A stretch of 60,000 nt of DNA from contig NC_045697.1 of assembly GCF_009834535.1 (NCBI RefSeq), positions 99,822,001-99,882,000 of the forward strand, written 5' to 3'. This DNA comes from Camelus ferus (taxonomy: Eukaryota). The position numbers were made by a program, and so were the translations under genes. Positions 53,616 to 60,000 of this stretch are shown one piece after another; the stretch's first letter is position 1, and each line of letters opens with the position of its first letter. The notes under the pieces are model-generated. The model was not told the DNA's origin and ran no database searches. It saw nothing but the letters and a program-made list of their open reading frames with translations.

Positions 53616-54299
53616 CTGGAAAAGTACATGTCAACATTCCGTTAGTTTGCATGAAGTTCTCAGAGCTATTACAGTACCGGCAGTTCATGCGTCTCCTTTC
53701 GCCACTCTTCTCCAGTGCAAATGCTCAGAAGTACCTATTCTTCATCTTTCCCTCCTCTGCCTAACATGAAGTTTCATCTAGATGCCCTATCCTGCATCAG
53801 AACCATACCCAGGTGATCACATCAGTACAAACAGTCCCACCAAACCAGAGCTTGTCTCCTTTTTCGTGATCTTTTCTCCTTTTTTGAGAGAAAAGGAAAT
53901 TTTGTGTCTTGCTTTGCTTTCTGAAGGGGAAGTAGGAAACTTTAGAAGAGAAAGTAAGAGGAGAAAGCAAAGTGATGAGTACGTAGGACCATTTTCTGGA
54001 GTCAAGAAATTAATGCCAAGTCTAGATCTTGGCGATTCTTGTCCTAAGATTCTCAGGATCTAACTGCGTTTTGTTGTTGTTGCTCTTATTATTTTTAAGA
54101 ATTCTGCCCAACTGCGCAGGCCTAATGATTGATTTCGAATTCCTGTTCACAGCAATGAAATATTCCAGAAGAAAAATGTCATCAGTTCAGTCTGCCTTGT
54201 ATAGATATTTTAGAAATCTGGCCCATAAAAATCAGCCCCAAAGATTTTGGCAGCTCTCTTAACATTTCTCCTGACTCCTGGATGTGTGTGTGTTGTGTG

Positions 54300-54630
54300 T
54301 GTTTTAACTGTGGTAAAATATACATAGCATCAATTTATCATTTTAGCCATTTTAAGTGTATAATCCAGTCACATTCAGTATGTTCTCATTGTGAGCAGTC
54401 ATCATCACTCTCCATCTCCAGAACCTTTGGTCATCCCAAACGGAATCTCTGCACACATTAAAAAACAACTCCCTGCTCCTCCACCCCTCATCCCCTGGTA
54501 CCCACTGCTGCGCTTCCTGTTTCTATGAATTTTACCTCATATATGTAGACTCATACAATGTTTGTCCTTCTGTATCTGGCTCATTTTGTTTAGTATAACA
54601 TTTTCAGAGTACACCCTTGTAGCATGTATC
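54300..54630 (-). mobile_element. Old LINE-1 (L1M-type) 3'-end fragment in UCP1 intron 5
   Basis: tgtggtaaaatatacatagcat..atttatcattttagccattttaagtgta...ttgtccttctgtatctggctcattt. Confidence 0.8.
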
Positions 54631-55468
54631 CCCCCAGAAGTTTTTAAATTTGAAAAAAATAAAATTATTGTTAAATGGCTACTGATTGATAACTGATACA
54701 TCTATTTTCAGTTAATTTTACAATATATTCCGTTTGTGTTAATGTGTCGTAAATGCAGATTATGGTGAATTAGCAGCTCTTGTATAATGTGTGCCATGCA
54801 TTTATGCTTATAAGGTTTGAGGCATTGCCTTACAATTTTTTAAGTTCATAGAATTCTGTTATTTTACCACATGTAATCCTTGTGGAGTATACCCATAAAT
54901 TAGTTCATACTATATTTTCTTAAGAAGGTGATTATAATATTAATATAATATTGCTTTATGGAAAAATATGATCCATTATGTGATAATAGTTTCTAGGTAA
55001 GTGTAATCACCAAACTACATCGTTTTCTACATAGCTTTTCTAGATCAATAACAATGATTTTTCTCTAGTTTTGCTTGAATACAATCTAAAAAACAGGGCC
55101 TATTAAATTAAAATAGTGAAAATCAAATCTTGTTTTCTCATAGCCTTCTATTATGCTTTCCTTCCATTTTATACTTCTGCCCAGGGAAGGCAGAATACTG
55201 TCTACATTTCCGATAGTTTAAGACCAAGGAGGAAGTCACTGGCTTTGAAAGAGCCTCTTCAAAGCCTGGGAGAATTTTAATATCACAGCTTTAAATTTTC
55301 TGGCACAGTGGAATTGGTGGATTGGAGAAATTTATGGCGAGGAAAAGTAGACACTAAGTGTACTGCACATACTAAGGCTGGTCAGCTAATTGTCAATTGT
55401 TTAGACGAGACAGCACCCCGCAGCACACAGATACCCTGACCACAGCATTACAGATGCGGAAGACCTAC

Positions 55469-55637
55469 CCTTTGAAGAAAGCCGATGGTCCTTCCTTAGT
55501 GAGCATCGTCATTGAGCAGTTGGGCACACTTGGTGGAGAGTTAACAAACCTGGTTTTCACCACATCCACTGGAGAGGACAGAACGGTTGTGCAAAATCCA
55601 GCGATAACAGCGGACACAAAGTGGCAGGGCACGTCAT
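55469..55637 (-). CDS. UCP1: UCP1 exon 5 (169 nt, 12 nt shorter than the usual 181)
   Basis: tttcag|(D)[35 protein letters not shown]^[20 protein letters not shown](G)|gtaggt, where ^ marks the deletion. Confidence 0.96.
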
Positions 55638-56353
55638 CTGAAACGGACCAATGAAACAGGTCAACACCAGACTTTGGGAGGGGCTTCTCATTTTCAGTTA
55701 TCAGATCTTTGTAAACCTTTGTAAACCTCCTGTTGTAAACAGGAGATCAACACAGATGTCTTATCAATAAATACAATAAGGAAGGTTAAGTATAAGTACC
55801 TTACATTGTAAGTGCTTTAGGAAAATAACCTGTCACTTTTCCCTGTGTCCTTAGGTCATGACATAATGCTCGATACATAGGCATCGAATACTTTTTTATT
55901 GAATTAAAGTCATTGTCCAAGGAGAATTTCAATGTCTCCAGAACCTGTTAGAATAAAAACTTTAGGAACCTATTCAATGGTACTGTTTTTTTGCCGAAAC
56001 CACTGAGGAGCTCCTTATGTAACTAGCTCATCTGGACTTAGTGTAGGGTGGACTCACTTCCTGAATTCTGCTTTATAAAGCATAAGATGCTAACAGAAAT
56101 CTCATCTATTAGTATTAAATGAGAATAATGCTGATGTAAGAATACAGTTGCCTCTTGGTTTTGTTGCAAAGCCAAAAACTGTTGCAGCAAAACTTCTAAA
56201 ACTTAGGGTTTTAGTTATACTGTATTGTTCAAAAGTACTTAATTTTTTAAGAAAGAAAACTATTACAATTAAGGGATTCAGTATAATATGGCTGGAGAAA
56301 CTCCAAGATGAAACTGTAAATGTGCTGACTTGCTGTGTAAAAAAAAAAGTTAC

Positions 56354-56455
56354 CTGCTAATAGTTTGTTTTTCACAAGGGCCGCCTTCATCAGGTCATAC
56401 GTCACTAGCTCTGTACAATTGATGATGACATTTCTTGTCAGATTGGGAGTGGTCC
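56354..56455 (-). CDS. UCP1: UCP1 exon 4 (102 nt)
   Basis: ttccag|(G)[33 protein letters not shown]|gtaact. Confidence 0.97.
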
Positions 56456-56554
56456 CTGGAAGAAAAGAAAGTGCTTAATGGCTCCATTATATGATAAGGT
56501 GCCAGTTGGATACACGTGTCTGAAGATGGTAAAATGCATCTTGAAGTGAGTTAC

Positions 56555-56749
56555 CTTTCCACAGCCCCGTCAAGCCTTCTGTAGTGGCTATAATTCTGTA
56601 AGCATTGTAGGTTCCAGTGTAGCGAGGTTTGGGACCATGGAGATGGCTCTGTGCTTGCAGTCTGACCTTCACCACCTCTGTGGGTTGCCCAGTGAACACG
56701 GCCACGCCTCCAGTTGTGAGGCCCGCTGAGACCTTGCTTCCTAAACTAG
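56555..56749 (-). CDS. UCP1: UCP1 exon 3 (195 nt using the available AG)
   Basis: aacag|(T)[64 protein letters not shown]|gtaact; contains the UCP1 SHLHG signature. Confidence 0.95.
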
Positions 56750-58039
56750 CTGTTGTTATCAGAGAGAAAAACGATGTGTCAAGCAAAAAAGAAAAAACAA
56801 AAACAAAAAACAAGACCCAGAATGTACTGTCTTTTTAATTTAGTGGTTAATATTATTGTGTCATTGTATCTTTTGTACTTCCCTAATACTGGTACACGTG
56901 TCAATCATATGCTAAACATGTACTAAATCATAGCAGGGCTAGAAGACTTCAAAGGTGACTGAAATTTTTTAAAATAAAGGCTTTCAAGGAAAAGAAAACA
57001 CACTGCCTATTTAAATAGCGTCTTAGTTCTTTCCTATATTTTGCTCAGTTCTTTCTTATCTTTAGCTCTGTTTTTCAGTATTTCCCAACTGGGAGGAGGC
57101 ACCAGGGATGCTCAGTCTTCCTCCCATCAATGAGAATGTTAATGATTGGACTTCAGGGTCTTAGGAAGAACCCAAGTGGACAACCTGCCCCAATATGGGA
57201 CATCAAGTGGTGTCAGGCTACAAAGGGGACAAAAACAAGAAGGAAACTAATGAAGTGATCTTTCTGTTTGTTCGCAATTTTGAAAAATTAGCTTAGGTCA
57301 CTCAAGACAGATATCATTTAGTAAAATTCCAAATAGAAGTCCAAGACCCATTCCTATAATTAAAGTATGGTCAATCACATTTACACATCAAGGACATTCT
57401 CAGTCTCTCTAATTCTGTTTCCTAATCTGTATAATAGAGGTAATAATGTCTACCTCACAGATCTATTGTGTGCGTTAAAATAATATCAATACAGCACTTA
57501 ACATAGGGTCTTGCAATAGGAATATGACAGATGTTTAAACTAAATTTACTGTGATAATCACTTCATGATGTATGTAAGTCAAACCATTATGCTATATACC
57601 TTAAATGTATACAGTGCTGTATCTCAGTTATATCTCAATAAAACTTAAAAAAGAAAGAAGGAAAGGAATGGAATGGAATGGAAAGGGGGAAGGAAGGAAG
57701 GAAGAAAAAGAAAGACCCCAGCAATTGGTTAGAACAGTCAATTGTGAACAATACCACCAGAACAGGCAGCTTTTCATCCTTTATGCTTCCTCTCTTGCTA
57801 CACTTGTAAATAAGAAAATGCAGTATTGATCTAGAAACATCCAGACTTTATCTTTACTTTGAAAGTGTAGTGTGGATAAACTTAAATTTATATTGTTGGT
57901 ATAAATAATAATTATAACGTGTCCCATAAAGTTACGTTATCCAAAGGTCATTTAAAGCAGAAATGATGAAATCTGCCAAGGTAGTCACTCATATTCACTT
58001 CCCCATCTGTACATCTCTCTGGATTGTGTGCTTTACATG

Positions 58040-58420
58040 GAAATGTTTCAGATACTTGCTAGCTGGGTGGTCTTCACTTAACTTTTCTGATACTCAGTCT
58101 CCCCATCTGAAAATGGGGACAGCACTTTGCACCTAACAGCATTTTTGTATGGATTGAGTGACACACAGAATCACATGCAAATTGCAGGAGGCAAGACTGT
58201 ACTGTGGTTAAAAGCTGAGGTCAGAGGCCAGCCTGCCTGGATTTGAACTCTCACTCTGCCCCTTTCCAACTGTGTGACCTTGGGCAAGTTATAAAACTGC
58301 TCTATGCTTCCTGTTTTATCAAAGGATAAAATTAATAGTAATCTTTGCAGGGATGATGTATCTGAGGCACTTAGAACAGTATCTGGTTTATAGTAAGCAC
58401 TCAAATAAATGCTAACTAAG
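58040..58420. mobile_element. MIR fragments in UCP1 intron 2
   Basis: ctcagtctccccatctgaaaatgggg and tgtgtgaccttgggcaagtta..cttagaacagtatctgg..tagtaagcactcaaataaatg MIR cores. Confidence 0.8.
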
Positions 58421-59074
58421 CCATCAGGAACTCTTGGTATATACTCAGTTTCTTCTTTCCCTAAACAAACTCACTACAACTTAAGCCCACTCCTTTTACT
58501 CTGGTCTTCCCCAGTCTTCTTAAAGGAAATAAGCCCTTAGGGTTTGGAGTTAGGGAATTCTGGTTTTCTTCTCTTCAAACCAAAGGTTTTCAGATTTGTT
58601 GCATACTAAAATTACCAGGGAAACTTGTGATAAACACAGATTCCCCGGGCCTAATCCGAGTGATTCAGATTCAGGGTACAGGGCAGTCCTCAGCATCTGG
58701 ATGTCTAACAAGTTCCGCAGGTGTTTCTGACAGAATTCACTTGGGGGGGACTTTGAATTAAATATTATTTCACAAAGTATGCTTCTTCTCCAGATGGATA
58801 TCCAAATTAGGCCCAGGCCTTCCATACCTGAGTGAGTGATAAACTGCATCTGAAAAATCGATTTTGAACACTTCTTTCTCTCCCTATGAACAGTGAGTAC
58901 CAAGCTAGTATTTTGGGGGTAGAGGAGGAATTTCAAATATTGATGTTTGCTTGCCAGTCTGTTATGAAGACCACTACTCTGTGCGCACCACTTTTTTTTT
59001 TTTTTTTAACAGAACTGGGTCCCGGAGGAGTCTCTGACTGTCGCCCCTCCCAGGACAGCTCCATGCTTGCTTAC

Positions 59075-59273
59075 TTTCTTTCCCTGTGGTGAAGAACTCC
59101 TGGACGGTATCACAGAGGCCGATCCTAAGAGAGGGGAAGCTTATTTGTCTCTGGAGGCCAGCAGGCAGCCCGCTATAGAGCTTCCCTGGCCCTTCTGTTT
59201 TTGCCAGAGTGGTGATTGTTCCCAGGACACCTTTATACCTAACAGCTCGGGTGGTCTGGCATTCGCCTTGGAT
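59075..59273 (-). CDS. UCP1: UCP1 exon 2 (199 nt)
   Basis: ttccag|[66 protein letters not shown]|gtaagc. Confidence 0.97.
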
Positions 59274-59917
59274 CTGGAAATGAGAAAGGGTACAGGTCAG
59301 AGGGCAGTGAAAATTGAGTAAGGGAGTCTCACCTGGTGAGAAAAAAAAAAATACTGGCATCAGGTTAGCCTCTGTAGAGAAACCGTTAGCCAAGATTCTT
59401 TCCCATTATTTCTCACTATTTTCAATTCCTTTTCCCTTCGCAGCATCATCTCCCCTTATCTCTCTATCTATCCAGAGAGAAAGAGGGGAAGGAGAGAGAA
59501 TCTGGCTACTATGCATGTTTGAACATTCCCACTCCCATGAACTTTCCAGAAACCCAAGGAAGTAGGATCCGAAGGTGCTTCCGCCTAATTAGAAGGAAGG
59601 AGAAAGAACTTGGCTTGTAAACTCGGGAGAGGCTGATATCCTTAGCTCTTAGAACACTTAGCGCTCCCTAACTTTGGGGGAGTTTGGCAACAGTCATGGT
59701 GAACACATCCTCGGTGACCCTGTGGTTCTTCAGTTAATTTCGGAAAAATTCCAATTTCCCACCCTAACGCATCCATCCTGTGACAGGTCCAACTTTTTCA
59801 GGGTGGCCACCTGCCCTACCTAAAGTGAGAAAGGATGTTTAAACCAAAGACAGAATCAAAGAGGCGCACACACTAGGGGTTCGCTCTCTGCTTCTCCATC
59901 CCCATCGCGCTCGCTAC

Positions 59918-60000
59918 CTGTAGCCGGACTTTGGCCGTGTCCAGCGGGAAGGTGATCACATCCGCCACGCAGGCCGCCACTCCGGCTGAGAAGATCTTGA
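59918..60000 (-). CDS. UCP1: UCP1 exon 1, 3' part (start codon beyond the window edge)
   Basis: [27 protein letters not shown]|gtagcg; first Px[DE]xx[KR] carrier motif present. Confidence 0.96.

Noticed and set aside
53501..60000. Calling UCP1 a pseudogene
   Set aside because: No stop, frameshift or unrescued splice-site loss in the visible exons, and both length changes are multiples of three. The start codon and enhancer are outside the window.
1..60000. CRISPR arrays, tRNA/rRNA genes or prokaryotic-type systems
   Set aside because: No repeat-spacer periodicity or structured RNA gene was recognised; the window is mammalian intron-exon DNA.

Overview
Mammalian genomic DNA, not prokaryotic, covering the syntenic block MGAT4D (- strand, first coding exon and CpG island at about 6.4-6.9 kb), ELMOD2 (+ strand) and UCP1 (- strand). 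ELMOD2 is complete: eight coding exons, 882 nt, 293 aa, frame intact. UCP1 shows exons 2-6 in full plus the 3' part of exon 1. The rest is intronic or intergenic DNA rich in repeats: a young 5'-truncated L1, older L1/L2/MIR pieces, solo LTRs, a decayed ERVL-class gag-pro-pol interior and MER DNA transposons. The young L1 3' end, the absence of recognisable Alu/B1/Bov-A/PRE/CAN SINEs and the UCP1 sequence suggest a camelid, probably Camelus (inference). The strongest signal is UCP1: the frame is open (predicted 301 aa if exon 1 has the usual 126 coding nt), but it has a 12-nt in-frame deletion in exon 5 plus A89P, Y96C and L276W at or beside conserved carrier motifs, suggesting a degenerating or altered thermogenic protein. 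Other leads are a cluster of MYB motifs overlapping an atypical MGAT4D splice donor, a probable ~3.2-kb inversion in ELMOD2 intron 3, and an RFX X-box in the ELMOD2 promoter. No wholly new gene system could be supported. Reference proteins and repeat family names were recalled from memory, not searched.
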